A DNA stretch of 64,000 nucleotides from assembly GCA_965197585.1 (NCBI GenBank), contig OZ240215.1:640001-704000 (forward strand), read 5' to 3'. This DNA comes from Dehalococcoidia bacterium. GTDB taxonomy: Bacteria; Chloroflexota; Dehalococcoidia; Plut-88900. The position numbers and the translations under genes are program-made. Below are positions 19,339-28,761 of the stretch, piece by piece (the first letter of the stretch is position 1; every line of letters begins with the position of its first letter). The notes below the pieces were generated by a model, which saw nothing but the letters and a program-made list of their open reading frames with translations, was not told where the DNA came from and made no database searches.

Positions 19339-20649
19339 CGTGCGACCTCAAAATTGATGGTTACCGGGAGAGGGAATTGACCTCATAATTGCGGTTACCG
19401 GCAGTGTTCCAGGATAGCGGCTGACCCTGACGCCATGCTAGCCCCAGCAGCTTGTCGGTCTCGGCATCGATCTGACGGCTCAGCCAGAGCGGATTGAGCG
19501 ACAGGTAGAGCTTCTCCAGCAACATCTGCCGAGTTCGTGAGACTGCACCGCTGCTGAGCATCCGTTGGTACGGGGTCGCTCCCTCGTCGTGGTGTCGGAT
19601 GACCTTGGCCCTGTGCCCACTCCTCGCAGTGAGTCTTCGGACCGGCTGAAAGAAGTTCACGTGAAGCCTCGCCAGCGAGTAGACCTCGGTGAGTTGTTTG
19701 AAGGCCGCTGACGAGGCGTACCGTGCGTGTCCGGTCAGACGCCGCACCACAGCACCGTTCTTCTGCTCGACGTGGGCGCTGTCGTTCTTACGGTAGGGCC
19801 TGCTCCTGGTGAAGCTGATCCCGTTCTCCTCGCAGTAGGTGTAGAGCCCTCTGTTGATGAACTCTGACCCATTATCGCTGTCCAGGCCCAGGAGAGGGAC
19901 GGGCAGCCTCCGATGCATCCTGCGTATGGCAGCTCCCACACGCTCCTGTGTCTTACCCCAGACCACGTCCATATCCACCCACCCAGTGGCCACGTCCACC
20001 GCCGTAACCGTCCACAGGTGGAACCCCTCAACCGTCGGACCGCAGTGTGCCACCGTGTCCACCTCGACAAAGCCCGGCCTCGCATCGTCCCAGTCCCTGA
20101 AGGTACGCACGGCAATGCGGTTCCTAAGCAGTGTCCCGGGCTTGGTCAGGCTGTGCGTCCTCTTTCTAACGGGCACCTGGTCCGCAGCCAGGAGCCGCTC
20201 CAGAGTTGCCGCACTTGCACGCCTGAGCAGAGTATCAGTGGCAGGGTCGATCTCCAACTCTCCGAATGCCTCCAGTCGTGACGCCATCTCCCCCACAAAG
20301 GGCTGCAGCCTCCTGGCTCCGATGCCGCTGGCAGCCTCGTGAACCACCCTGGCCGCCGCCGCCACCTCAGGACCGTACTCGACCGGTCTACCCACACGGC
20401 CGCCTCTCCCCTTTCGAGTCCGACCGGACAGCAGCCGGACGGCCGACTTCCTGTGGTAGCCGGTCACAGCTACCACCTCGTCGAGGATCCTTCCCTTCTC
20501 GGTCCTGTCGGCCTCGCGGTACCTGTCCCGCTGTCGTTCGCAGTACTCTTGAATGCTCACTCGGTTCACGATTACCTCCCCGTGGTTTGGGTAACCGTAA
20601 TTTTGAGGTGCATTCCCCCGCTCGGTAACCAAAATTATGAAGTCATGCG
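19339..20649 (-). mobile_element. Insertion sequence (integrase-core DDE; IS481/ISNCY-like)
   Basis: About 60-bp imperfect terminal inverted repeats, each with two ACYTCAWAATT..GGTTACC units; flanked by CCCCC/CCCTC. Confidence 0.85.
19361..20569 (-). CDS. DDE transposase
   Basis: GYHRKSAVRLL, EVDTVAHCG, DSDNGSEF, SRPYRKND.AHVEQKN, NFFQP, TPYQR; GGAGG RBS before GTG 20569. Confidence 0.92.
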   Translation of the reverse strand: MNRVSIQEYCERQRDRYREADRTEKGRILDEVVAVTGYHRKSAVRLLSGRTRKGRGGRVGRPVEYGPEVAAAARVVHEAASGIGARRLQPFVGEMASRLEAFGELEIDPATDTLLRRASAATLERLLAADQVPVRKRTHSLTKPGTLLRNRIAVRTFRDWDDARPGFVEVDTVAHCGPTVEGFHLWTVTAVDVATGWVDMDVVWGKTQERVGAAIRRMHRRLPVPLLGLDSDNGSEFINRGLYTYCEENGISFTRSRPYRKNDSAHVEQKNGAVVRRLTGHARYASSAAFKQLTEVYSLARLHVNFFQPVRRLTARSGHRAKVIRHHDEGATPYQRMLSSGAVSRTRQMLLEKLYLSLNPLWLSRQIDAETDKLLGLAWRQGQPLSWNTAGNRNYEVNSLSR

Positions 20650-20654
20650 CCCTC

Positions 20655-20684
20655 TTGACATTATAAGTACCTATGTTCTATATT
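20655..20684 (+). promoter_or_regulatory. sigma70 promoter with overlapping LexA-type box (element copy 1)
   Basis: TTGACA-N18-TATATT; GTAC-CTAT-GTTC at 20667-20678. Confidence 0.75.
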
Positions 20685-21380
20685 ACAGCCAGGTCTAGAC
20701 CACCTAACCCAACCACCTTAAGGAGGAACCAAAAACCCAGGGAAGCCCCCGAGGACTCAACGCCTCAGCCCATCCCAACGGCCCTCGCGCAGGCCCGCGG
20801 CTCAAGCAACCGACGCCATCTCCTCATCCCCACCGGGTCCCGTGCCCCCTTCCCTGACCACTAGGCGATGGAAGACGCCCTGGACCGTACTTGAAAAGTC
20901 TCCTCACGGAGCAACCTTGTCCCATGAGCGGAACGGGGCAGCCCGTAGCCGAGGACCGCTCGGCTCTCTGTCCGCTTCCCAAATAAACTGGGCTGCCGCC
21001 GTCTCCCGGCTCCGGGACATCGTCGGCTAACTGGATACCCCGTACTCCTGCGAGGGGAACTGACCCTGGACTTTCCCCTTCCTGCACCCGCCTACGGCGG
21101 ACAGCGCAGCCAACCCTGCATCGGAGCCTATGACGGATGACGGACCCGTACGTCCGACCATACTTCCAGGTCTAGGCGGCGGCGGAGACCCGTCCCACGC
21201 TCCCGGGACGCCTCCATGCCCGCATTATCTAAATGTAGGGAGCCTAATCCAGCAAGCGTCTTTCATCGCCAACCCAAAACCTAACAGACAGAACGGAAAC
21301 CGAAACCCCACAATCTAAGATCCGCCTCTGGAGGACTGAAGAAAAGGCCAGTGTGTCACTAACCTATCGAACGAGTACAC
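20685..21380 (+). ncRNA. Candidate structured ncRNA, repeated element copy 1
   Basis: Ends homologous to 31221-32040; arms 20864-20878 and 21256-21270 are complementary; nested hairpins; no conserved ORF. Confidence 0.5.
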
Positions 21381-21453
21381 TGCTTTGCCAACCTTCGCAC
21401 GTTAGTGTTACGCTGACGCTCTAGCTCCGCAAATTCAGCCCTCGGATCTCATT

Positions 21454-22779
21454 ATGGCTGATCCAGTTGGCCCCCAGGCAGGCCGGTCCTCCCGCAGTCC
21501 TCTGTTCTATGGGTGGCTGATTGTCGGGTTATGCCTATTCATCAACTTCGTTTCTCTGGGTGGGCGCAGCAGCTTCACTGTCTTCGTTATACCCATGAGC
21601 GACGACTTCGGATGGTCCCGAAGCGAAATCTCGCTCGCTGCGTCAATCGGTCTGCTGGTCAACGGCCTTACCCAGCCCTTCCTTGGCAGACTGTATGACC
21701 GGTACGGCGCCCGGAGAATCGTTATCCCCAGCCTTCTCGTCCTGGGTGTGGCCACTGTTCTGCTCATGCAGACCTTCCACATCCTGTTCCTCATCGCCCT
21801 TTTCGGCATAGTTTCGTCTGTTGCCACCAGTGGGGTGGGGGACCCGATAACCGGTGCTATGTTGGCAAAGTGGTTCCGCCGACATCGCGCTACTGTCCTG
21901 GGCATCAGCATGGCCGGTGCATCCATAGGTGGAATGCTGCTGGTGCCCTTCACCCAATACCTCATAGAAATAACTCATTGGAGAACGGCGTGGGCCGTGC
22001 TAGGCGCCTTGCTCCTAGTATTTGCCCTGCCGGCAGCCTTCCTCATTATCAGAGAGAATCCCGAGAAGATGGGTCTCCTACCCGACGGAGATGCCACCCC
22101 AATTCGAGAGGTGGGGAAGAGCAGCCAACCGGCTGCAGAGCCGGCTAAGGGCCCGTTGGAAACGGAGTCCTGGGCCCACGCCTTCCGCTCCGCTCCTATC
22201 TGGCAAATGTGCGGCGCCTATTTCGTTTGTGGCGCTACCACCGCGATCATGGGGACCCACTTTGTTCCTTACGCCGTGGACAAGGGTTTCACGGAGTCAA
22301 CCGCTGCCCTGGCCTTCGGAATTATGAATGGGCTGAACATAGTGGGAGTGGTGGGGATAAGCCTTATCTCCGATAAGATGGGAAGAAAGAACTTGCTGGG
22401 CCTGGTATACGCTGGTCGGGGATTCGGATACGCCGTGCTCTTGCTGGTTCCAGGGGGCTGGGGATTGTGGAGCTTTGTGGGGATAGCAGGCTTTTCATGG
22501 TGGGCAACCGCCCCACTCACCACCTCCCTCACCGCCGATGTGTACGGCGTCAAGAGGCTGGGCACTATCAGCAGCATCGCCTTCCTGGCCCATCAGATCG
22601 GAAGCGCAGCCAGTGTCCAGTTCGCAGGGGTAATGCACGATGTCACCGGCAATTACTTCATTCCCTTCAGTATTGTCGGCCTGCTCCTGATTCCTGCCGC
22701 ACTGTCTTCCTTCACCATCCAGGAAAAGAAATACTCTATCAAGTATCAGACCCCGAGCCCCACGCTATCCCCTCCGTAG
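21454..22779 (+). CDS. MFS transporter
   Basis: FYGWLIV, GRLYDRYGARR, ISDKMGRK. Confidence 0.9.
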   Translation: MADPVGPQAGRSSRSPLFYGWLIVGLCLFINFVSLGGRSSFTVFVIPMSDDFGWSRSEISLAASIGLLVNGLTQPFLGRLYDRYGARRIVIPSLLVLGVATVLLMQTFHILFLIALFGIVSSVATSGVGDPITGAMLAKWFRRHRATVLGISMAGASIGGMLLVPFTQYLIEITHWRTAWAVLGALLLVFALPAAFLIIRENPEKMGLLPDGDATPIREVGKSSQPAAEPAKGPLETESWAHAFRSAPIWQMCGAYFVCGATTAIMGTHFVPYAVDKGFTESTAALAFGIMNGLNIVGVVGISLISDKMGRKNLLGLVYAGRGFGYAVLLLVPGGWGLWSFVGIAGFSWWATAPLTTSLTADVYGVKRLGTISSIAFLAHQIGSAASVQFAGVMHDVTGNYFIPFSIVGLLLIPAALSSFTIQEKKYSIKYQTPSPTLSPP

Positions 22780-22792
22780 CACCCCTCTGCTA

Positions 22793-22993
22793 ATGCTCTC
22801 GATCATTCTGGCACATCACGAAGGCGCCATAGACCCCGACCTCCTGGACGCCATCTTGCACCGCCTCGACACCATGTTCGGAGTGGACGGATGGCCGGCG
22901 GTGCTTGGACTCGGAGCCATCATATTGCTCATCCCAGTGTCATTGATTGCCGCATACCTGTTTTACCGGCGGAGGTGGGATAGCGGCGGCTAG
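22793..22993 (+). CDS. Small membrane protein
   Basis: One hydrophobic C-terminal helix; directly follows the MFS gene. Confidence 0.55.
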   Translation: MLSIILAHHEGAIDPDLLDAILHRLDTMFGVDGWPAVLGLGAIILLIPVSLIAAYLFYRRRWDSGG

Positions 22994-23061
22994 GGAACGT
23001 GGCCCGCGTGTTGTAAAATAGCCGTCGGGCCAAATAACCCCCAGGGAGACTGAGCAACACT

Positions 23062-23430
23062 ATGGACACGAGCATGCTACAACCCGGCCTGAGCGCCGAG
23101 CAGGTCATTACCGTTGACAAGGAGATGACTACCAACCGCACCGGCAAGGAGGGCGCGGATGTCCTTTCCACTCCCGCGCTTCTCGGCTTGATGGAGGACA
23201 CCAGCATCAAGGCCACTGACCACCTGCTGCCCAAGGGATTCACTACCGTTGGCTTCGCCGTGGACGGACTGCGGCACATCGCTCCCACGTTGATTGGTGG
23301 GAAGGTCACTGTCCGCGCCGAGCTCACCGGAGTCGACAAGAATAAGCTTATCTATTCCATAGAAGCTTCTGAGGGTGATAAGAAGATCGGGGTTGCCTCC
23401 CACAGACGGGCCATCATTCCCACGGACTAG
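23062..23430 (+). CDS. Fluoroacetyl-CoA thioesterase (FlK)-like hotdog thioesterase
   Basis: VLSTPALLGLME, TTVG, HIAPT, HRRAII. Confidence 0.85.
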   Translation: MDTSMLQPGLSAEQVITVDKEMTTNRTGKEGADVLSTPALLGLMEDTSIKATDHLLPKGFTTVGFAVDGLRHIAPTLIGGKVTVRAELTGVDKNKLIYSIEASEGDKKIGVASHRRAIIPTD

Positions 23431-23466
23431 GGCCCAGCTTCTACGTGTGTTAACATCCCTCCCGAT

Positions 23467-23976
23467 ATGACTACTACCGAAAAGACGCTTACCCCCGCCG
23501 CAATTCTCGGCGAGCTCAAGAAATTGGGTGTCAGCCACGTAGTCTGGCTTCCCGACACCGAGAGCCGCTTCCTCTACGATGCCGTATCCTCGGACCCCGA
23601 TATCAAGCTAGTGCCCGTCTGCCGAGAGGGTGAGGCGATACCGATCGCTATGGGCCTGATCCTTGGTGGACAGAAGCCTGTGTGCATGATCCAGAGCACC
23701 GGCTTCTACGAGTCGGGCGACGCGGTGCGTGGTCTGGCCTTGGATGTCGGACTTCCTCTCCTCATATTCATTGGCTACCGCGGCTTCAAGCGGGAGGGTC
23801 CCATACTTGACTCGGCAGCCACCTACCTGGAACCGGTATTGGGAGCTTGGGGTATCGACTACCATCTGATAGAGACGGACGAAGACGTGAGGCGAATATC
23901 CCAGGCATATTCGGAGACCCAGGAAAAATCGATGCCCGTGGCCGTGCTAATCGGAGCGGAGTACCAACAGGGATGA
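23467..23976 (+). CDS. Sulfopyruvate/phosphonopyruvate decarboxylase alpha-like (ThDP N-domain)
   Basis: LPDT, VCREGEA, MIQSTG, GYRG; ComD-like. Confidence 0.8.
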   Translation: MTTTEKTLTPAAILGELKKLGVSHVVWLPDTESRFLYDAVSSDPDIKLVPVCREGEAIPIAMGLILGGQKPVCMIQSTGFYESGDAVRGLALDVGLPLLIFIGYRGFKREGPILDSAATYLEPVLGAWGIDYHLIETDEDVRRISQAYSETQEKSMPVAVLIGAEYQQG

Positions 23977-24551
23977 TCCCCGGCATAGAGGCCCTCAAAA
24001 TAATTTCCCGTCACCAGGGCGATTCCGTGATGATTACCACGGAAACACCTTTCACCATCTGGGACTCGATATCTGACCGGCGGGAGTTCCACCTGCCCCT
24101 GATCAACTCAATGAGCAAGGCGTCCTCCATAGGTCTCGGAGTGGCGTTGGGGAGGCCGGACCTTAAGGTGCAGGTTGTGGACTCGGATGGCAGCCTTTTG
24201 ATGAATCTCGGTTCCCTGGTCACGATAGCCAACATGGCCCCGCCGAACTTTATTCACTTCGTATACCAGAACAACGTCTATGGCCTGAGCGGGGCGCAGC
24301 CCCTTCCGGGTGCAGAGAAATTCTCCTTCACGGGCTTGGCGAAGGCTGCGGGCTACCCCAACGTCTTCGAGTTCGACGAAGTGGAGGAGTTCTCCCTCGC
24401 CCTGCCGGAAATTCTGGAGAAGCCGGGCCCAACCTTGGTCTGCCTCAAAGTAGACGACGATGGCCCCAAGCCTAAGCTCCCGGCCCGCATGACCAAACAC
24501 GCCTACCCCGAAGTCCGGGACGCCATCGCACGCACTTCTCTGCCGGCCTAG
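23973..24551 (+). CDS. Sulfopyruvate/phosphonopyruvate decarboxylase beta-like (ThDP C-domain)
   Basis: SMSKASSIGLG, DSDGSLLMNLG, NNVYGLSGAQP; ATGA overlap with the alpha gene. Confidence 0.8.
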   Translation: MIPGIEALKIISRHQGDSVMITTETPFTIWDSISDRREFHLPLINSMSKASSIGLGVALGRPDLKVQVVDSDGSLLMNLGSLVTIANMAPPNFIHFVYQNNVYGLSGAQPLPGAEKFSFTGLAKAAGYPNVFEFDEVEEFSLALPEILEKPGPTLVCLKVDDDGPKPKLPARMTKHAYPEVRDAIARTSLPA

Positions 24552-24688
24552 GGCCTCGCTCCTGGGGCTGACCATAACGCCTGTCGGCTGTTATCCCCTC
24601 GGTAATGAACTAGAGCACCCTACTGTCTGTTGCCGATTCCTTCTTCCAGTATTGAATGGGAGGGAGATGTGCCCATCCCCTGACTAGC

Positions 24689-24717
24689 TTGAAAACTGCC
24701 TAGGCAGGTGTTATATT
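24689..24717 (+). promoter_or_regulatory. sigma70 promoter with palindrome in spacer
   Basis: TTGAAA-N17-TATATT with TG extension; CTGCCTAGGCAG at 24696-24707. Confidence 0.6.
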
Positions 24718-24766
24718 TGGGTCACAGCACTTTGTAAAAAAATTAACAATGTGGAGGGGGAGAGAG

Positions 24767-24976
24767 GTGTCTGAATCATTTCCTACTTGTCAAGCATGCA
24801 ATAGCGGAGACCTGTTACCGCTTTCGGATTTTGGTGGACAGGGCGCGCCCATACGCTATAAAGCATGGGTATGCAGCAACCCCAAGTGCGGATATAACCT
24901 GAAGATCCGCAACGGCGACGTATTCATCAATGAGCCCATTGGCAGTGGCGTAGGTCACATGCCCAGAGTCCGCTAG
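24767..24976 (+). CDS. Small zinc-ribbon protein
   Basis: CQAC...CSNPKC; G-rich RBS before GTG 24767. Confidence 0.75.
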   Translation: MSESFPTCQACNSGDLLPLSDFGGQGAPIRYKAWVCSNPKCGYNLKIRNGDVFINEPIGSGVGHMPRVR

Positions 24977-25596
24977 GGTCTATCCCTCGGCAACCGTAAA
25001 CACTCCTGGCCCGATCACCCGCGATGTCAAAATGTTGATAAACGCGGGCTAATTGAAGCTTGGCAGGCAGTGCCTTTACGCACTAACTCTTGGACGCATT
25101 TCCTGGCACGCCAGGGTGCTCTAGCTCTGCTGAAGTGGTTGCCGGGCGGACTGTTGACTTGTAGTCGGGCTCCCTGCAAACCAATAGCGTAACGTCTATT
25201 GATCCGGCGCATTCGATTCGTCAAGTGTAGCGCCTGATGAATTGAGTGATTCACATTCACACTGTAATTAGCCGGTTCATTAGTAGCCCTTGTAACACTG
25301 TCGGTGTCTTGGGGCTGGACTAGAAGAAGTGGCGCATTGTGGTTGTGTGGTCTTGACGGCTGGATTGTTTTATGTGGTGCAGCCGGCTTTTGACAGGAGA
25401 CATAGCAACCGTCGAGCCTTCCTGCGCCTCAAATGCTATTGGGGATCGGAAAACCTCCCAGCTGATGCTCTCAAATGTCTATCAGTGTGCTGCATTGCTC
25501 AACAATGAGAATAAATCTTTTGCATGGCAAAAGGCCCAGATTGCGGCGCCTATAGGCGTGTGCTACCATCTCGCCGAGCATCTAAGGAGGACATAG

Positions 25597-25893
25597 TTGC
25601 TAGACCTGCTAGTTCTGGGCGCAATCAGGGACGTAGTTTTAATCGTCTTTTTCGGTATGGGAACCTTGCTCGTCGTTCTCCTGATCCTGATTGCCTTCCT
25701 CTTCTACCGCAAGATGGGTGGATTGATAGACGCTGCCAAGGGTAACTTGGAGAATACTCGGGTCACCTTGGGAAACGTCGCAGCGTCGTCTACCATGATC
25801 ACTGATGCGGTGGTGAAACCACTCATCAAGACGTGGGGTATGGCTGCAGGCGCCAAAAAGGCGTTGTCCTTTCTCAGCAAGTTTTCCAGGTAA
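25597..25893 (+). CDS. Small membrane protein (DUF948-like)
   Basis: AAGGAGG RBS; N-terminal TM helix and helical tail. Confidence 0.65.
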   Translation: MLDLLVLGAIRDVVLIVFFGMGTLLVVLLILIAFLFYRKMGGLIDAAKGNLENTRVTLGNVAASSTMITDAVVKPLIKTWGMAAGAKKALSFLSKFSR

Positions 25894-25989
25894 TAGCGCC
25901 GGCCCGACTACGGCGAACTATACCGCCTTCAATTAGTCCACCGGGAACTGCGTCCCGGCATTTTCACTGAAGCAAAAGGGGTTATTGTC

Positions 25990-26247
25990 ATGTTTGCTTT
26001 CATCATAGGTTTCTTAATGGGTGGCGCAGCTGGAGCTACGATTGTCTTAGCGACAGCGCCACAGTTCCAACACAAGGAAGAGAACGGTCAGGCCCCCGAG
26101 GCCTCGGGCCCGACCTTCCAGAAGGAGCTCAAGGCGCGCATCGACGGGGCCATCATTGTTGGGAAGAAGGCAGCAGCCGAGAAAGTTTCAGAGCTGGATG
26201 AGATGGTGAAACGTCGTAGGGGAGCAGTGCCTGAGGAACAGGAATAA
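25990..26247 (+). CDS. YtxH-like protein
   Basis: FIIGFLMGGAAGA..VLATAP N-terminus. Confidence 0.65.
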   Translation: MFAFIIGFLMGGAAGATIVLATAPQFQHKEENGQAPEASGPTFQKELKARIDGAIIVGKKAAAEKVSELDEMVKRRRGAVPEEQE

Positions 26248-26305
26248 TCTGGGGTTGCCCTACTGGTTTATATCGGCACTTGCCTATCATGCAGGCTAGT
26301 GAAGC

Positions 26306-27133
26306 CTATTCAGAGAAACGTGGGTAAGAGCCGAACACTCTGAACCGAGAAGTGATGCGTTCCACATGATCTAACGCCTCGCGCACCGGGGGGTCCTCCC
26401 TGTGTCCGTACAGGTCCACCAGGAAGATGTAGCGGCCAAGGGCATCCTTGGAGGGGCGGGAATGGATCTTGCTCAGATTGATGTCCCTTTGGGCGAACTC
26501 ACTCAGCACCTCCACCAAGGCTCCCGGCCTGTCCTCTTCGAACGAGAAACAGAGGGACGTGCGGTCCGACCCGGTATGAGAATGGTCTCCCGAGGCCAGC
26601 ACCACGAACCGGGTCTCGTTGTTCATCGTCTCCTGAATGTCCGAAGCCAGCACGTGGACGCCGTAAATGTCTGCCGCTCGTCTTGTGGCTACAGCAGCCA
26701 CAGATCCGTCACTCTTCTTAACTTCCTCAACGCCTGCTGCGGTGCTGAGGGCTGCTTCCATCTGGGCTTTGGGAAAGCACCTTTCCAGGAATCCCCGGCT
26801 CTGACCGAGTGCTTGCGGGTGGGAATACACCACCTTGATGTCGTTGGCTTGGGCGCCGGGAAGCACCAGCAGACAGTGACGTATGGGAAGAACTACTTCA
26901 TATCTTATGGCCAGTTGAGAGCCATGAATGAGCAGGTCCAGTGTGTCGGTCACCGAGCCTTCGATACTGTTCTCGATAGCCACCACCCCTTCTTCGACCA
27001 TTCCTGATACCACAGCCGATCCCACGGCTGATATCGATGGCAGTGGCACAAAGTTGGCGTGAGGGTCATATAGGATGGCAGCCTCCTCGGTGAAGGTGCC
27101 TCGGGGGCCCAGGTAACCCAGACGCTTACTCAT
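26306..27133 (-). CDS. pheA: Prephenate dehydratase
   Basis: YLGPRGTFTEEA, ENSIEGSV, SHPQALGQ, NETRF, ACT domain with SRPSK. Confidence 0.95.
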   Translation of the reverse strand: MSKRLGYLGPRGTFTEEAAILYDPHANFVPLPSISAVGSAVVSGMVEEGVVAIENSIEGSVTDTLDLLIHGSQLAIRYEVVLPIRHCLLVLPGAQANDIKVVYSHPQALGQSRGFLERCFPKAQMEAALSTAAGVEEVKKSDGSVAAVATRRAADIYGVHVLASDIQETMNNETRFVVLASGDHSHTGSDRTSLCFSFEEDRPGALVEVLSEFAQRDINLSKIHSRPSKDALGRYIFLVDLYGHREDPPVREALDHVERITSRFRVFGSYPRFSE

Positions 27134-27810
27134 ACGCCATCCGAGGAATTATCCCCGAAGAGAGCTGAACGCAGCATCTCCTCGTCTTCCGTTGCAGTTA
27201 CCGCGATAACCTCGTCATGCTCGTTGAGCACCAGATCGGGACTCGGCGCCATCGGCACGCCCTCTTTGTTTATGATCAAGGATATGAACGTCCCTGATGG
27301 AAGGTTGAGATCCCCGAGACGTCTGCTTTGGATGTCGAGGTCGCTTGGTATCTTTACAGACACAAGTGCAGCTCCCGAAGCGTCAAAGTCCAACAGCGGT
27401 ACGGAGGCCTGATCAGGAAGCTGGTGTTCTATGTATGAGAGTATCAGGCGAGTTATGCTGATGGTGACGTCCACGCCCAGTTTCTTGAATAGGGACTCAT
27501 TACGCGGGTCGTTAACTATCGCAATTGTGCGAGACACCCGGAACCTGGTCTTGGCAACCTGACAAGCCGTGAGGTTGTCCTTGTCCTGGCCGGTTGTGGC
27601 GATCAGGGTATCTGCACGAGATGCTCCAGCGGCCTCCAACACGGTCGCCTCGCACCCGTCCCCCCGCAACACCACGTCTCCCAGATCTCTACCGAGCTCA
27701 GCGCTGCGTTCCCGGTCCTGTTCTATTATCAGCACCTCATGGGATCGTGCGAGCAGGTTCTTGGCCAAATGGTATGCGACCGAACTCCCTCCGACCAGCA
27801 AGATGTACAA
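27130..27810 (-). CDS. trkA: TrkA/KtrA potassium uptake regulatory protein (RCK N+C)
   Basis: GDGC...LEAAG..RAD, DKDNL; TrkA-C tail. Confidence 0.85.
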   Translation of the reverse strand: MYILLVGGSSVAYHLAKNLLARSHEVLIIEQDRERSAELGRDLGDVVLRGDGCEATVLEAAGASRADTLIATTGQDKDNLTACQVAKTRFRVSRTIAIVNDPRNESLFKKLGVDVTISITRLILSYIEHQLPDQASVPLLDFDASGAALVSVKIPSDLDIQSRRLGDLNLPSGTFISLIINKEGVPMAPSPDLVLNEHDEVIAVTATEDEEMLRSALFGDNSSDGV

Positions 27811-27820
27811 CTCTACGGGC

Positions 27821-28225
27821 CTACCTCTCTATGGCGTCTCTGAGGAGTTCCACGGTCACTGTGGTCGGGCTGATAGTCTCGAGGCCCAAATCCCGGAACA
27901 GGTCTTTCTGGATCGGGTCATGCAGCCTGCACACCACCTTGGGGACTTTGAATTGAGTCTTCGCCTTTTGGGACGCCAGCAGGTTGCAATTGTCCTCCCG
28001 GGTTGCGGCTACGAACACATCCGTATCATCAATGTCTGCCCGCGCTAAATCGTCGTCGTCGGTCCCGTCCCCGATTAAAGCGTTACCGCGAAATCCGGGC
28101 CCCAGAAAACGGAAACTGTCCTCGTCAACATCCATGACCGTAACCTTATGCCCCTCGGCATCCAGGACAGTTCCCAGCCTTCCTCCGACTCTGCCGCACC
28201 CGACGATAACTACATTCATGTCCAA
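27821..28225 (-). CDS. TrkA-N domain protein
   Basis: IVGCGRVG, GDGTD, DNCNL. Confidence 0.88.
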   Translation of the reverse strand: MDMNVVIVGCGRVGGRLGTVLDAEGHKVTVMDVDEDSFRFLGPGFRGNALIGDGTDDDDLARADIDDTDVFVAATREDNCNLLASQKAKTQFKVPKVVCRLHDPIQKDLFRDLGLETISPTTVTVELLRDAIER

Positions 28226-28282
28226 TTCCCAAGGTTCATTGCGATCCTACTTTGTGGGCTGAGGCAAGACCCGGGCGCCCTG

Positions 28283-28717
28283 CTATCCTGCCCCGTTCAT
28301 AGGGCCACGGTAAAGCCACACGTGGCAGGTGGCGTTCTCCAGCACGTAGGGCGCCGCACTGCCGAGTGTGAACTCGCCATACTTTCTTTCATATAGGGTG
28401 TTCATCACGACGAGGTCGATTCGCCTGTCGATGGCGGCCTTGACCACCCCCAGTCCGGCGTTTCGTGCTTGCACAACCTCGGTCTGGACGGAGGTGTGCT
28501 GGCTTTTGGCCACGCTCTCCATATAGTCCAGTACGGCCTCGGCTTTGCGCACCTCCAGCCCCATCTCGGCGTCCAGGGGATAGGACCAGGGCACCTCAAT
28601 GACGTATAGGACGAACACTGCGCCATTGCTCTCCTGTGCGAAGCTGCACGCCAGCGCAATGGCCTCCTCGTCGGCGGTATTGCCGTCCACCGCTACCATG
28701 ATTCGTCTATATATCAT
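28283..28717 (-). CDS. Universal stress protein
   Basis: RIMVAVDG, DLVVM, LGS..YVLENATCHV. Confidence 0.88.
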   Translation of the reverse strand: MIYRRIMVAVDGNTADEEAIALACSFAQESNGAVFVLYVIEVPWSYPLDAEMGLEVRKAEAVLDYMESVAKSQHTSVQTEVVQARNAGLGVVKAAIDRRIDLVVMNTLYERKYGEFTLGSAAPYVLENATCHVWLYRGPMNGAG

Positions 28718-28761
28718 TGCTTGCTATTTTAACTCGCAGAGACTCTTAGGTGGCGTTCTAA

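Noticed and set aside
20864-20880. Fluoride riboswitch (GGCGATGG start)
   Set aside because: It lacks the local TCGCC pairing and the downstream CTGATG motif; the complementary arm is about 400 nt away.
20864-21270. Retron msr-msd or group II intron interpretation of the long stem
   Set aside because: There is no reverse transcriptase in the window and no recognisable intron domain V.
25436-25475. Riboswitch-like hairpin TGGGGATCGGAAAACCTCCCAGCTGATG
   Set aside because: It could not be matched to any consensus by eye.
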